A DNA stretch of 64,000 nucleotides, from positions 41,106,001-41,170,000 of the forward strand of contig OX597833.1 in NCBI GenBank assembly GCA_951406725.2. Reading direction: 5' to 3'. Positions 12,617 through 25,430 of the stretch are shown one piece after another. Numbering within the stretch: position 1 is the first letter of the stretch; each line of letters opens with the position of its first letter. Under the pieces are notes generated by a model. That model searched no databases. It was not told the origin of the DNA and saw only the letters and a program-made list of their open reading frames with translations. Made by a program: the position numbers and the translations under genes. This DNA comes from Octopus vulgaris. Taxonomy: Eukaryota.

Positions 12617-13429
12617 TCTATTATATAAAATCCGTTCTGTCTGTCTGTGTGTGTGTCTTCTAGGATCTTGGGCATACTCCATCCGATTGCGCTCAAATTT
12701 GATATGTAGATACCGACGGTATCAGGGCGTGTATAAGTCTTGAAAAAATTACAAAAATCGATTCCAGGTGAGAATGCGATCGATATAGTGAATAAAATCG
12801 TTTTTCTTTGGAATAGAAAAAAAGTATATCTTTATTTCTTCTTTTGCTGGTATCTCAAATTTAGGTTAAATCAGTGTTTCTCAAAGGGGAGGCCTATGGG
12901 ACCGGTCGGACAAGTTGTTTTGAGAAAATTTGGTTTAAATGTTTGACAACTCAGCACCGTCCATTGGACGGGGGGGGGGGGCGTTTTGCTCATATTATTG
13001 AATTCTATTCATACCAAACATCAACATTTGATGAGCGGCATCTTGAGGAATGCTACATTTTATTGACCAGTTTTATATCGAATAATCGAGAATCAGAAGC
13101 CCCTAGAATCTATATATCCCTCTTAGTAAAACCGAAGACGTTAATTACTCTGATGAATTAATATGACCATGTTTATCGCAGCCAATACTACACTTTGATC
13201 TTCGCCAAAAATTTGATCTTAGCCAAAGCTTCGACGGCTACAGATCTAATATCGTATAGACAGGAATTCGTAGAATTCTTGATATTTGTTCTCACTGTAT
13301 GTAGAACAGTTTGAATATTTCAATGTGTGGTTTTCCTCTGAGCATAAATTCAATATGCCTCCATTAAGAACAATTCTAAGCCATTTATAAGCTACTTTCC
13401 AGCTTAAGCAACGCCAGGTATTCTGCTAG
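12617..13429 (+). mobile_element. non-autonomous Helitron
   Basis: Starts a|TCTATTATATAAAATCCG with (TCTG)n near the 5' end and ends GCAACGCCAGGTATTCTGCTAG|t. A|T insertion site, no TSD. A second partial copy lies at 20505-21089(-). Confidence 0.8.
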
Positions 13430-13783
13430 TATATAATACTGAAAAAACTAGTTTTGTATCAAAAGCTGCTTCAGTAGCAGTTCCTTCTTCACGTTACTGG
13501 AATGCGTTAGACTGGAAAATGTGAGATGATATTGGGGAGCAACTGTAGAAATGGATACAGTGTTGTTGTTATTTGCGATGTAGGTGGTGGGATGTGGTAG
13601 AGGTGGTGGATGTGGCGGAGGTGGTGGTGGTGGTGGCGGCGGCGGCAGTGGTGGCAGTGATGGCAGTGGCGGTAATAGTGATAACAGAGCTATTGATGTA
13701 CTTATTATTGTTGTTGCTTTTGTTATTGCGTAGTAGCTGTTAGTCTATTAGCTCTGATGATGCTTATAGTATTGGGTTCTCTA

Positions 13784-13940
13784 AGGCGGCGAGCTGGCAG
13801 AAACGTTAGCGCGCCGGGCGAAAAGCTTAGCGGTATTTCGTCTGTCGTTACGTTCTGAGTTCGAATTCCACTGAGGTCCACTTTGCCTTTCATCCTTTCG
13901 GGGTCGATAAATAAAGTACCAGTTTCGCATTGGGGGTGTT
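13784..13940 (+). mobile_element. SINE family A, 3'-truncated
   Basis: AGGCGGCGAGCTGGCAGAAACGTTAGC...GGGGTCGATAAATAAAGTACCAG. Confidence 0.85.
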
Positions 13941-14327
13941 GTTGCTGTTGATGTTATTATGGGATGTCATTGGTAATATTGCAGAAGAAAAACGCTTTAA
14001 AATCTCATATATAAAAAATAGGATACTTTTCGTTGCAGTAATGGCTACTATTGTATATGCTATCACCACCACCAATTTGGTCCTGATTCAGTAGAACTAT
14101 ATCGTGTAGTAGTTGGTCAAGCGCTTAGATAAGACCTGCTGATCTATGTTTTGTGTGTATGATACTTCCATCAAGTAGAGCACCATGCTTTACACTTAGA
14201 CATGCGACGGTTAACACTTGGTCTATCCTGTGAATCACACGTGATACACAAGATATATTTCCTTGGAGCCTATGCATCATATAGGACACATAATCCCAAT
14301 TTTTTCAACCTCAAGAATAACTTGGAA

Positions 14328-14732
14328 GGCGGCGAGAAACGTTAGTGAGCCAGGCAAAATGCTTAGCGGTGTTTCGTTTGCCGTTACGTTCTGAGTTCAA
14401 ATTCCGCCGAGGTCGACTTTGCCTTTCAGCCTTTCGGGGTCGATAAATTATGTACCGGTTACGCACTGGGATCGATATAATCGACTTAATCCGTTTGTCT
14501 GTCCTTGTTTGTTCTCTCTGTTTAGCCCCTTGTGGGCAGTAAAGAAATAGATATTTCGACTGTCGCTACGTTCTGAGTTCAAATTCCACCGAGGTTGACT
14601 TTGCCTTTCATCCTTTCGGGGTCGATAAATAAAGTACCAGTTACGCACTGGGGTCGATCTAATCGACTTAATCCGTTTGTCTGCCCTTGTTTGTCCCCTC
14701 TATATTTAGCCCCTTGTGAGCAATAAAGAAAT
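14328..14732 (+). mobile_element. SINE family A dimer with a 15-bp TSD
   Basis: TSD aagaataacttggaa at 14313-14327 and 14733-14747. Internal restart junction GAAATAGATATTTCG near 14544-14558. Confidence 0.9.
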
Positions 14733-14959
14733 AAGAATAACTTGGAACTTATGAAATTTTGGCCCAAGGCCAGCAATTTCTGGGGAGGAATTAAATCGAT
14801 TATAACGATTCCAAGTGTTCAACTGGTACTTATTCATCCAAAAGGATGAAAAACAAAGTCGACCCAGGAAATGCCGCTAAGCCTTTTGCCCGGCGTGCCA
14901 ACGATTCTGCCAGCTCGCCGCCTTCAAGGAAACCATTATATTCATTATTGTTTGTTGTT

Positions 14960-15005
14960 AACACAACGTTTCGGTTGAAATACCCTCCAGCCTTCATCAG
15001 GTGTC
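14960..15005 (-). ncRNA. minimal type I hammerhead ribozyme motif (Penelope-like element end)
   Basis: Minus strand reads GACAC CUGAUGA AGGCUG-GAGGGUAUUU-CAACC GAAAC GUU GUGUU: stem I GACAC/GUGUU, intact CUGANGA and GAAA core, stem II with one mismatch, palindromic AACGUU in place of stem III. A partial inverted copy at 15014-15049 has the corrected stem II (CAGCC). Confidence 0.75.
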
Positions 15006-15691
15006 TTGGTTGGGGGTATATCAGCCGAAATGTTGTGTTAACAACAAACAAGATAAGAACAAATATCCGTCAAATGTAAATAGTGTAAATAATGTACATA
15101 ATTCCTCATCTCTTAAATATAGAACTAAAGTATTATATTATTCAGAACGTATGAATCAAGGAATAGCTAAAAGTTTGAAAACAAAAATGTACGTTTGGGA
15201 CAAATTTATGAAAAGCTTTGGACAGACAAAAGAGTAATATTATAGGTGTAGTCCGTTACTGCTCTTTTTAACCACTATCCAGTCTGTTTACCGTAGGTTC
15301 TGGTATTGGCCAGAATATATCTGTATGCAAAAATTATCAACACCATCATCAATGCCGTCGCCAAAATTAGTTTTAGTCATTAATTAACCCAAAGTCATCC
15401 CTGATCAAGCATGCCTAGATTTAAGTGTTCTAGGAAGGACTCTCTCGGCTTTTTTTTTTTTTACCCAGGCATAGCATATCTAAGATTGTATTATCGAACA
15501 CCTTCACATTTTAGACAATAGGGTGTGATTTAGCTGCAATTTCTAGCAAGTTTAAATAGACACGTATAGCACTTTAGTTTTTAGGTAGGTACTTCGGTAA
15601 AATTGATATATTTTACGAAATGTTGAAGTTTTCGTCAAAATAATCACAAAACAAAGATCTAACAAGGGCTCTCATGTATTTCAAAGTTTTC

Positions 15692-15861
15692 TTCTGCAGT
15701 TATACCGACCCCTGGCATTTTTCTTTGTTATGCAATAAGAGAATCACTCTTAGCCATTTAGCGTCATTCATATGGGATTTCACTTTAACGAACATATCCA
15801 ATCCTGTTAACATCTACTACCGCAATAATTACTATGTAATCTGTGAGCTCCTGTTGACGTA

Positions 15862-15909
<48 letters not shown>

Positions 15910-16120
15910 GCACACATATATATATATTAAGTCACCGGTAGTTCGTAGATTGCGCAGCAATTACAATGGTAGTAATAGTTGTTGTTAAGAGTATTGGATA
16001 TGATCGCTAAAGTGAAATTCCATATGAACGATGCTAAATAGTTAAGAGTGATTCCCTTGCCGTTTAACAAAGAAAAATATCCGATGCTAATATAGGATGA
16101 CTCAGACCGGCATAACTGTT
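15692..16120. repeat. diverged inverted duplication (arms ~15692-15859 and ~15931-16120) around a (CA)n spacer
   Basis: ORFs on opposite strands give similar peptides (FSLLCNKRITLSHLASFIWDFTLTNISN vs FSLLNGKGITLNYLASFIWNFTLAIISN), reflecting nucleotide-level inverted similarity. Confidence 0.8.
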
Positions 16121-16235
16121 CCATTATTGGTGGGATAAACTAATCCATCCAGCAATTAACAAACACAGCATTTAAATCATGTGTATATTAAATAATTTGT
16201 ATGTGTGTGTATGTATATATATACATAATTTATAT

Positions 16236-16357
16236 ATCACGTGATCACGTAACCGACCAGGCTATCAGATGTTATTACACATCGCTGCTCACAATGCGCT
16301 TCGCATTGTTTTTAGCCCTCAAATGACGCCACCCCACTGGCTAAGCGAGCAGGCCAA
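16236..16357 (-). mobile_element. RTE-type 3' tail fragment ending in (CACGTGAT)2
   Basis: Shares CTGGTCGGT(T/C)ACGTGATCACGTGAT with 19365-19424(+) and a variant with 52998-53151(-). Abuts TA-rich sequence. Confidence 0.65.
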
Positions 16358-16602
16358 TATATATACACATACATACATACATAATTTAGATAGGTTTCGG
16401 CCAAAGATTGGCCTAGGCCATGTCAAACTTAATAGAGAGACCTGCATGAGGTCGATGTAGGTGTCATCGACAAAACTGGATCTTCTGTGAAGAGTTCCAG
16501 ATGAACCCACCTCGTGACAAGAAACTCAGAGTTTGATGTTGCAGAGGGCAGCAACATCAAACTCCCTAATTTATCAAATGCCACATATCAGAGGAAGTTT
16601 CA

Positions 16603-17158
16603 TATTTCTTTACTGCCCACAAGGAGGTACACACAGAGGGGACAAACAAGAACAGACAAATGGATTAAGTCGATTATATCAACCCCAGTGCGTAACTGGT
16701 ACTTATTTAATCGACCCCGAAAGGATGAAAGGCAAAGTCGACCTCGGCGGAATTTGAACTCAGAACGTAGCGGCAGACGAAATACCTATTTCTTTATTAC
16801 CCACAAGGGGCTAAACATAGAGGGGTCAAACAAGGACAGAAATAGGTATTAAGTCATTTACATCGACCCCAGGGCGTAACTGGTACTTAATTTATCAACT
16901 CCGAAAGGTTGAAAGGCAAAGTCGACCTCGGCGGAATATGAACTCAGAACGTAGTGGCAGACGAAATACCTATTTCTTTATTACCCACAAGGGGCTAAAC
17001 ACAGAGGGGACAAACAAGGACAGACATAGGTATTAAGTCGATTACATCGACCCCAGTGCGTAACTGGTACTTAATTTATCGACCCCGAAAGGATGAAAGG
17101 CAAAGAAATACCGCTAAGCATTTCGTCCGGCGTGCTAACGTTTCTGCCAGCTCGCCGC
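16603..17158 (-). mobile_element. SINE family A trimer with a 14-bp TSD
   Basis: TSD cagaggaagtttca at 16589-16602 and 17159-17172. Two internal junctions gaaatacctatttc. Confidence 0.9.
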
Positions 17159-18118
17159 CAGAGGAAGTTTCAACCAGTGAAACTGTAGCAAAGCTAATGG
17201 CGGTGCCCCAGCATGACCGTAACTCTCGAGCTGAAACTAATGAAAGAAAGAAAAAAATAACAGGGAAAATATATATATATATTTATGCATACGATGACAC
17301 ATAGTCATGTGGTTAGGATGTTGTACTCAGGATCATGAGATCGTAATTTCGGTTTCTGGACCGGGTGGTGCGTTGTGTCCTTAAGTAAAAACTTCATTTC
17401 ACGTTGCTCAGCGATTACTTTGATGCCGGATGTGGTGGACCGTGCATCTGTTCAGGCAACCGCTATTTGAGGAGGGAGTGAGCTAATATACAACACAAAC
17501 ATTTGAACACTGTAAACAAATCATTTATGAAGATTGTTCAGCAAGAAATTGCACAAAACGTCTTTCTCGGAGTACGAGAGGCCACCATCATACATATACA
17601 TATAGATACATATAAATATGTATGTAAACACACTCACACACATAATCGCGTACAAGATGTTAAGAAAAGTTTTGTCTCAGACGAATTGAGGTTTAGATTG
17701 CCTTTCGCAAAGATATTGCTAATGCTTTTCGTAAATTTCAGTTTCCATTCCCAAAAGTAAGAAATAATATTGTGTAAACTTTACGATTGTAAAGGGTTTT
17801 AAGGCAAAAAAAGGAGAGAGACAAAAAAGAGATATAGAGAGAGTATAAATGAGAGTAAGAAAAGAGATGATGAGAATGACAGGCTGAGAAAGAAATGGGA
17901 GTAGAGAGAGTAAAATCAAGGCGGGAGTAAAGATTTATGTATATTAACGAAGCAGAAAGATGGCGTAGGTTGAGAAAGTGAAAGTAGAAAGGGAGGAGGA
18001 AATGAGAAGAATAAGTAAGAATAAGAGACTAAAAAAAAGGTATATAGGTGTGTATCTATATCTGTGGGTGTGCGTATCTGGACATCTGTGCCTGTATGTG
18101 TAGTGTGTGTGTGTGTAC

Positions 18119-18153
<35 letters not shown>

Positions 18154-18316
18154 TAATGTGTGTCAAAAATCTCAGAATGAGAGCGGTGAGAGATACAGTG
18201 TAGGAGGTGGGTGTTACGCATGTGCGTGAAAGAAGTGTGTAGGTTTGTGCGTGCTTGTGATGAGTATGAGAGTGTGTATGCTAGTGTATGTGTGTATGCC
18301 TGTGTTTATGTATGTA

Positions 18317-18371
<55 letters not shown>

Positions 18372-18891
18372 ATACGTTTATGTATATGTGCTTGTGTTTG
18401 TACAATTACTTGCGCGCGCACGAGAGAAATTGTAGATACAGCAATAAGAAAGAAACAATATGTATTTGTGTGTGCTCGCTTGAGCGGGAGAATGAGTGAA
18501 AGGTAAAGAGAGTCTGCGAGGGAGGCAGGGAAAAATGGCAGCGAGAAGAGGAGTGAAAAGTGAACATAAATTGGAATGACATTTAATTAAATTCAAAATG
18601 AGAGAGCCGGGTGGTAAGGTAGTGGTATGGAGGTGGTGGTGGTTTGGTGTTAATTGTATTGTAGGGGTACGGGTGATGATGGTAGTAGTGGTGGCGGTAT
18701 TGATAGTGGTGGTGGTGGTAGTGGTGGTGGCGGTAGTGGTAGTGGTGGTGATGGTGGTGGCACTGGTGGTGGTAGTGGTATGTGGTGGTGTACTATAGTG
18801 GTGATAGTGATAGAAAACGAGAAGAAAAAAGGATAAAAACGATAAGTCAGAGTGGGAACGCCTGTTTGGAGGTGCCTCAATGGATTACACG

Positions 18892-18952
<61 letters not shown>

Positions 18953-19416
18953 GCATGCACACACATATGTATGTATTGTGTATGTATGTATGTATGTATG
19001 TATGTATGTATGTAGGTATGTATGTATGTATGTATGTATGTATACTAATGGGAAGGCACGTGGTTCAGTGGTTAAAGTGTAGCATTCAACATCGTAAAAT
19101 ACTAAATACTAGTTTCTATCCCTGGATCGTACGATGCATTGCCCTAATCCACTCAGCTGGGTTATCCTGCGACGGATCGGCTTCCGCCCAAGGAGAAATA
19201 TATTTAAACAGAATCCGTAAAAATGGGCCTTATGACTCTGGAGGGAGCTTCGTTCTTATTTGATATATCTTAATAACAGTCTGACACAGCTCCATTTGAC
19301 TTAAATTTTATGGGCTCGCAGGACGAACCCATCTCCTACCACATTTTGTTCGTTTGGTCACTCAATTGTGACCAGCGATGTGTAACAACATCTGATGGTC
19401 TGGTCGGTCACGTGAT

Positions 19417-19472
<56 letters not shown>

Positions 19473-19529
19473 ATACATATGTATATATGTGTGTATGCGT
19501 ATGTGTGTTAGTATGTGTGGGTGTCTGTC

Positions 19530-19735
19530 TGTCTGTGTTTGTCCCCCACCATCGCTTGACAACTGATGCTGGTGTGTTTATGTCCCCGTAACTGAGCGGT
19601 TCCGCAAAAAAAAGACGGATAGAATAAGTACTAGGCTTACAAAGAATAAGTCCTGGGATCGATTTGTTCGACTAAAGGCAGTGTTCCGGCATGGTCGCAG
19701 CCAAATGACTGAAACATATAAAGAAGTAAAAGAAT
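19530..19735 (+). mobile_element. SINE family B, 3' half
   Basis: gtgtttgtccccc...gcggttccgcaaaa...aaatgactgaaaca. Confidence 0.8.
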
Positions 19736-19737
19736 CT

Positions 19738-19823
<86 letters not shown>

Positions 19824-20504
19824 TTTTACTTGTCTATTTGTGTGTTTGCTGAAACATGTTTGGTTTCGAAAATGACTTATATATATATTTTTAAAATATG
19901 TTTTTATTGGTTGTTGTAATTTGTAGGGTTTCGCTTTCCGTGCGTGCATTTTAATGGTTTAATATATACCAGCAATATCCCGGTCGAAAGGTGTCGTGTG
20001 TGTGCGTGTATGCTTTTTGTTATGCGTGTGTGTGTGGTGTATGCACAGTCAAACTGCTTGCTGGTGATTAATGAATGGTTTTGTTTGAAAGAAGGAAAGA
20101 GGAAATTTTCTTCTTTTAAAAAAGGAGCTAATTTATTTGTAAGAAACAATCTAATTTATCGAATTACTGTATATTCATTTATTTGGAAAGCGGTCACCAG
20201 TCCACTGTATAAAGGAAGTGACCTTAATGTTATTATTAATTAAGGCGTGAAATGTTATTTCAAGGGAGAAAATAAATGTACTTTATTCGAATCTCACATT
20301 ACTGCTGTTGATATCCCGTTATGATATTAAGGATTTATATTCGCTTGTGAGGGTAGGACGAAATTAGTTCTGTGTATTTATTCAATGCCCTTATTTAATC
20401 TTTCAGGATTGATTGCATTTCTAGTGTGTAAAGACTATAGAAACCATTTCTTTTTGTAGATGAGGTGCTGCTAAATCAAAGTGTCTCCTTTTAACGATAT
20501 AGAG

Positions 20505-21089
20505 CACGAGCAAAACGCCCCCGTCTAAATGACGGTGATGAGTTGCCAAACATTTAAACCAAATTTTCTCAAAACTACTTGTCCGACCGTCCCATAGGCC
20601 TCCCCTTTGAGAAAAACTGATTTAACCTAAATTTGAGATACCAGCAAAAGAAGAAATAAAGATAGACTTCTTTTCTATTCCAAAGAAAAATGATTTTATT
20701 CACTATATCGATCGCATTCTCACCTGGAATCGATTTTTGTAATTTTTCAAGACTTAAACACGCTCTGATACCTATTTCTTTACCACCCACTAGGGGCTAA
20801 ACACAGAGAAGACAGACAAACGGATTAAGTCGATTACATCGACCCCAGTGCGTAAGTGGTACTTAATTTATGGACCCTGAAAGGATGAAAGGCAAAGTCG
20901 ACCACGGTGGAATTTGAACTCAGAACGTAACGGCAGACGAAATACGGCTACGCATTTCGCCCGGCGTGCTAACGTTTCTGCCAGCTCGCCGTCGGTATCA
21001 ACATATTAAATTTGAGCGCAATCGGATCGAGGATGTCCGAGATCCTAGGACACACACACAGACAGACAGAACGGATTTTATATAATAGA
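20505..21089 (-). mobile_element. 5' part of the Helitron family seen at 12617, interrupted by a SINE A copy (20774-20990)
   Basis: Reverse complement of 12617-12990. ORFs 20575-20790(-) and 12740-12946(+) share LQKSIPGENAIDIVNK. Confidence 0.85.
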
Positions 21090-21504
21090 TATTTCAAAAA
21101 CCATATATGTGTAGTTAGAGTTGTGCTCCATCTTACTTTCCAGAGTTCTGAATGTTGAAAGAGTTAATTATAAATTAATTGGTAACTATTTCTACTGATT
21201 TTTTTCTCCCTCGAACAGTCACGTTGGCTAGACATCTGCTTTGAGGGTGGCAATTACATTTCCATGTTCTACTGTTATCTGTGTTCTTGTGGTTAGAGTT
21301 AGCCAGTATTTTCTCATTATCAACTGCTAATGTGAGCTAAATTTATTAGGGCTGAGTAACTTATTTTGTCTGAATTTAACAAATTTCCTGTGCTTATGGC
21401 CAGGAGAATGTGGTTTTCTTACAAGGTGGAATAAGATTTTGTCAGATTGCATGTAGTTATTGAACATGGTGAATTAAACACCATAGTCCATTACTACGTT
21501 TGCA

Positions 21505-22108
21505 AGGCGGCGAGCTGGCTGAAACGTTAGCACGCCGGGCGAAAATGCGTCTGCCGTTACGTTCTGAGTTCAAATTCCGTCTGCCGTTACGTTCTGAGTT
21601 CAAATTCCGACGAGATCGACTTTGCCTATCATCCTTTCGGGGTCGATAAATTAAGTACCAGTTACGCACTGGGCCCGATGTAATCGTCTTAATCCGTTTG
21701 TCTGTCCTTGTTTATCCCCTCTGTGTTTAGCCCCTTGTGGGTAGTAAAGAAATAGGCATTTCGTCTGCCGCTACGTTCTGGTTCAAATTCCGCCGAGGTC
21801 GACTTTGCCTTTCATCCTTTCGGGGTCGATTAAATAAGTACCAGTTGCGCACTGGGGTCGATATAATCGACTTAATCCCTTTGTCTGTCCTTGTTTGTTC
21901 TCTCTGTGTTTAACCCCTTGTGGGCAGTAAAGAAATAGATTTTTCGTCTGCCGCTACGTTCTGGATTCAAATTAAACCGAGGTCGACTTTACCTTTTGTC
22001 CTTTCGGAGTCGATAAATTAAGTACCGTGGAACACTGGAGTCGATGTATTCGACTAGTCCCCTCCCCCAAAATTGCAGGCCTTGTGCCTATAGTAGAAAG
22101 GATTATTA
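21505..22108 (+). mobile_element. SINE family A multimer (3 body units)
   Basis: Head at 21505; restarts at GAAATAGGCATTTCG (~21750) and GAAATAGATTTTTCG (~21932). Small internal 30-bp duplication at 21548-21608. Confidence 0.85.
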
Positions 22109-22700
22109 CATTTCCTTCCGTTGAATTGTGTCTATGATATTAAGAGTTACTTCCAAGCTACATTATATATGTATGTGTATGTATACATATATGCATGTGT
22201 ATTTGCATGCATAAATGTGTACATACATACATACATACATACATACATACATACATACATACATACATACATACATACATGCATGCATGCATGCATGCAT
22301 GCGTACGTACATACATATAGTGGCATTTAACCATTTGAAAAACTCCTTAAGTATCATAGAAACACACAAGCATGCACACACGTGCACGTGCACTATTCCT
22401 TGGCGGAATTTGAACTCAAAGCGTAAGACGGACGAAATGCCGCTAATTATTTTTGTCCTTATAATAACAACAACAACAACAACAACAATAAACGGAAAAT
22501 AAAAATCAAATACGATATGTACAAACAATTAAGTCAACTAAGGCTTCCACAAATCGCCGGAAATACCACAAATTATACGCTCCCATAATTCTTTCTTCCT
22601 TTCTTTCTTTCTTTCATGCGTTCATTATTTCTCAGTCTCTCTCTTTCTACTTCTTTTCCCTATCCTGCCACCTTTCTCTCTCTCTCTCTCTCTCTCTCTC

Positions 22701-22745
<45 letters not shown>

Positions 22746-23171
22746 GACTGATTTATATCGTGATTAATTGACAATGACAATATTCTTCGCCCAGGGAGCA
22801 GCAAGCTGGTTTCCTAAACCCCCTAGCTAATAATCTGGACTGTTAATCCCAGCTAAGCTTCAGAATTTGCCCATCCATAAGGACCACCACCGTCGATAAT
22901 GAAATAATTGTTTACCACCTCATAACCATGAATAAATTGCTTGAAGACCGGACATTAAGAAAAAACACACATCACAATACATGGAAATGGCAGTACGACA
23001 GTTTCGGTTTCTTTCTTTTTGCATGTGTTACTAACCATAATATCCACGAGACGAGAGAACCTTTACATAATCTCTTGACTTACTAGAAATACCAGCCGAA
23101 TATCCTTCAAATCACACTAACCTTCCGCCTTAAAAGAGGAAGGATACATTCAACAATATTGTTCTGAATGT

Positions 23172-23516
23172 GGAAGCACTCCGTCGGTTACGACGACGAG
23201 GGTTCCGGTTGATCCGATCAACGGAACAGCCTGCTCGTGAAATTAACGTGTAAGTGGCTGAGCACTCCACAGACACGTGTACCCTTAATTCAGGATATCC
23301 AGCGTGACACAGAGAGTGAAAAGGCCGGCCCTTTGAAATACAGGTACAACAGAAACAGGAAGTAAGAGTGAGAGAAAGTTGTGGTGAAAGAGTACAGCAG
23401 GGATCACCACCATCCCTGCCGAAGCCTCGTGAAGCTTTAGGTGTTTTCGCTCAATAAACACTCTGGGAATCGAAACCGCGAGTCCGCTGCCCTAACCACT
23501 GGGCCATTGCGCCTCC
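23172..23516 (-). mobile_element. tRNA-derived SINE family C, near full length, with a 14-bp TSD
   Basis: TSD attgttctga(a/c)tgt at 23158-23171 and 23517-23530. tRNA-like head with GGTTTCGATTCCC (B-box-like). Confidence 0.9.
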
Positions 23517-23987
23517 ATTGTTCTGACTGTATAAAAAGACTAGCTATTTTGTACCGTGCTTCGCTCGGGTTTTGGTGGTGGTATTGTTTTGTGCGTGTTG
23601 TCTCCTTCTTTTGTTCGTCTTCTTTGCCTTTCCCATAATCCTCACCATGGCAACCAAACAGTAGCCCCGAGCGACTTGCAACCCTCCTCACACCACTGCC
23701 TACTCCGTTTTACCCCCCACCTCACCCCGTGTGAATTTTGGCGCCAATCCGACTCCATCTACCGTTCCCATCCCAAAATGAGACAAATAACCAAGAAATC
23801 AAACAACTTTTTTGCATTTCAGCTTTATAGATATTGATAGGTTGGTAACGGTTAGAACGTATTTGATTATAAGTCCGTTGGATCCTGGGTGATTCTGCTA
23901 AATAACTACAACAACAGTAACAATAATAACTTCCTGAAAGTCATGCTTCTTGCTTCCGCTCCCGTCTAAAATATAAGGCTCTTTATA

Positions 23988-24190
23988 TTGGTTTCAAATT
24001 TTGGCACAAGGCCAGCAATTTCGGGGTAGAGGATCAGTCAATATCATCGACCCCAGTGTTCAACTGGTACTTATTTTATCAACCTCGAAAGGATGAAAGG
24101 CAAGGTCGACCTAGGCGGAATTTGAAATCAGAACGTAGTAAAGACGGGCGAAATTCCGGTAAGCAAACGATTCTGCCAGCTTGCCGACTT
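23988..24190 (-). mobile_element. SINE family A
   Basis: ggtttcaaattttggcacaaggccagc...gaaaggatgaaaggcaaggtcgac...ttctgccagc. Confidence 0.8.
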
Positions 24191-24512
24191 AAAGGCTTTT
24201 TATATTAAGGGTTAGGGTTAGGGTTATATTAAGTCGAAGAAAGAAGCTTCCTGGAGAGATTGTACAATGCCATAAGTTTGATTTCTGAACGAGCCTTTCC
24301 GTTATCTTTCCCTAATCAAGTCAGTTAGAGAAACCTCTACGCGGTTGCTAGTCGTGCTAGAAATGCCAGCCAGTTCTTTCTTGAGACACATCTTATGTTT
24401 AAAAATAAAAAAGGATGAACAAAGATGGATTGAAAGATGCAGAAACTCAAACTGTATATCAACTGCAATGATCTTACCAAACTGAGAAGGCTTTCAAAGG
24501 TGATGATACACA

Positions 24513-24554
<42 letters not shown>

Positions 24555-24868
24555 CCTGCACACTCACGCATACACACATTCAGTTTTGAAATCTATAACC
24601 ATTTTGATAGGACAAATCCCAGTGGGATTTGAACACGGTTCTATGTTACTAAATACTTTGTTATATTTTTTCAATGGTTTACAGCTTCGGACATCTCTTG
24701 AATTGGGAGCAGAGCAAAGAAAGAATATATATATGAATATATCTTTTATCTTTCACCTGTTTCAGACTGCGGACATGCTTCTTTTTTGTTTACCCTAGTA
24801 CTTATTTTTTGTTACGCCTGGCACTTATTCTATCGGTCTCTCTTGCCAAACCGCTAAGTTACGCTGAC

Positions 24869-24929
<61 letters not shown>

Positions 24930-25017
24930 GAGAGTTTACGAAAAAAACAAAAGACGAAGACAGGTGGTGTACAAAACAAACAGATGTATAAGTATAACGC
25001 TCAGGAATAGAAAAAGT

Positions 25018-25052
25018 CTTTTACGTTTCAAGCCTACGCTCTTCTACAGAAA
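25018..25052 (-). ncRNA. hammerhead-like motif with variant core, in a probable Penelope-like element end
   Basis: Minus strand UUU CUGUAGA AGAGC-GUAG-GCUU GAAAC GUA AAAG. A sister copy lies at 42058-42092. Confidence 0.45.
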
Positions 25053-25229
25053 AAAACAAGTAGTAGAAAAAAAACAAGTAGTGGCTGTGCTCCAGCATGG
25101 CTGCAGTCAAATAACTGAAACAAGTAAAATAAGATAATAAAATGAACCAAGAGAATGGATGATGATGATGATGACGATGATGACGACTACCACCATGATC
25201 CCGACCACGACAACGACGGCAGTGATAAT

Positions 25230-25430
25230 ATCCCTTTCTACAATAAGCACACGGCCTGGAATTTGGTGAAAGGGGCCAGTCGATTGCATCGACCCCAGTG
25301 CTCGATTGGTACTTATTTTATCGACTCCGAAATGGTGAAAGGCAAAGTCGACCTCGGCGGCGTTTGAACTCAGATTGTAACTACGGACGAAACACCCAGC
25401 GTGCTAATGATTCTGCCAGCTCACCCCTTT
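25230..25430 (-). mobile_element. SINE family A, diverged
   Basis: cgaccccagtgctcgattggtacttattttatcgac...ggcaaagtcgacctcggcgg. Confidence 0.75.

Noticed and set aside
23440-23516. tRNA-like sequence with A/B boxes (also 1-52, 37243, 39885, 60670)
   Set aside because: It continues into a shared SINE body and has a TSD; no complete cloverleaf could be drawn, so it is not called as a tRNA gene.
24207-24224. (TTAGGG)3 telomeric repeat; similar at ~63607-63631
   Set aside because: Only 3-4 units and internal, so not evidence of a telomere or fusion site.
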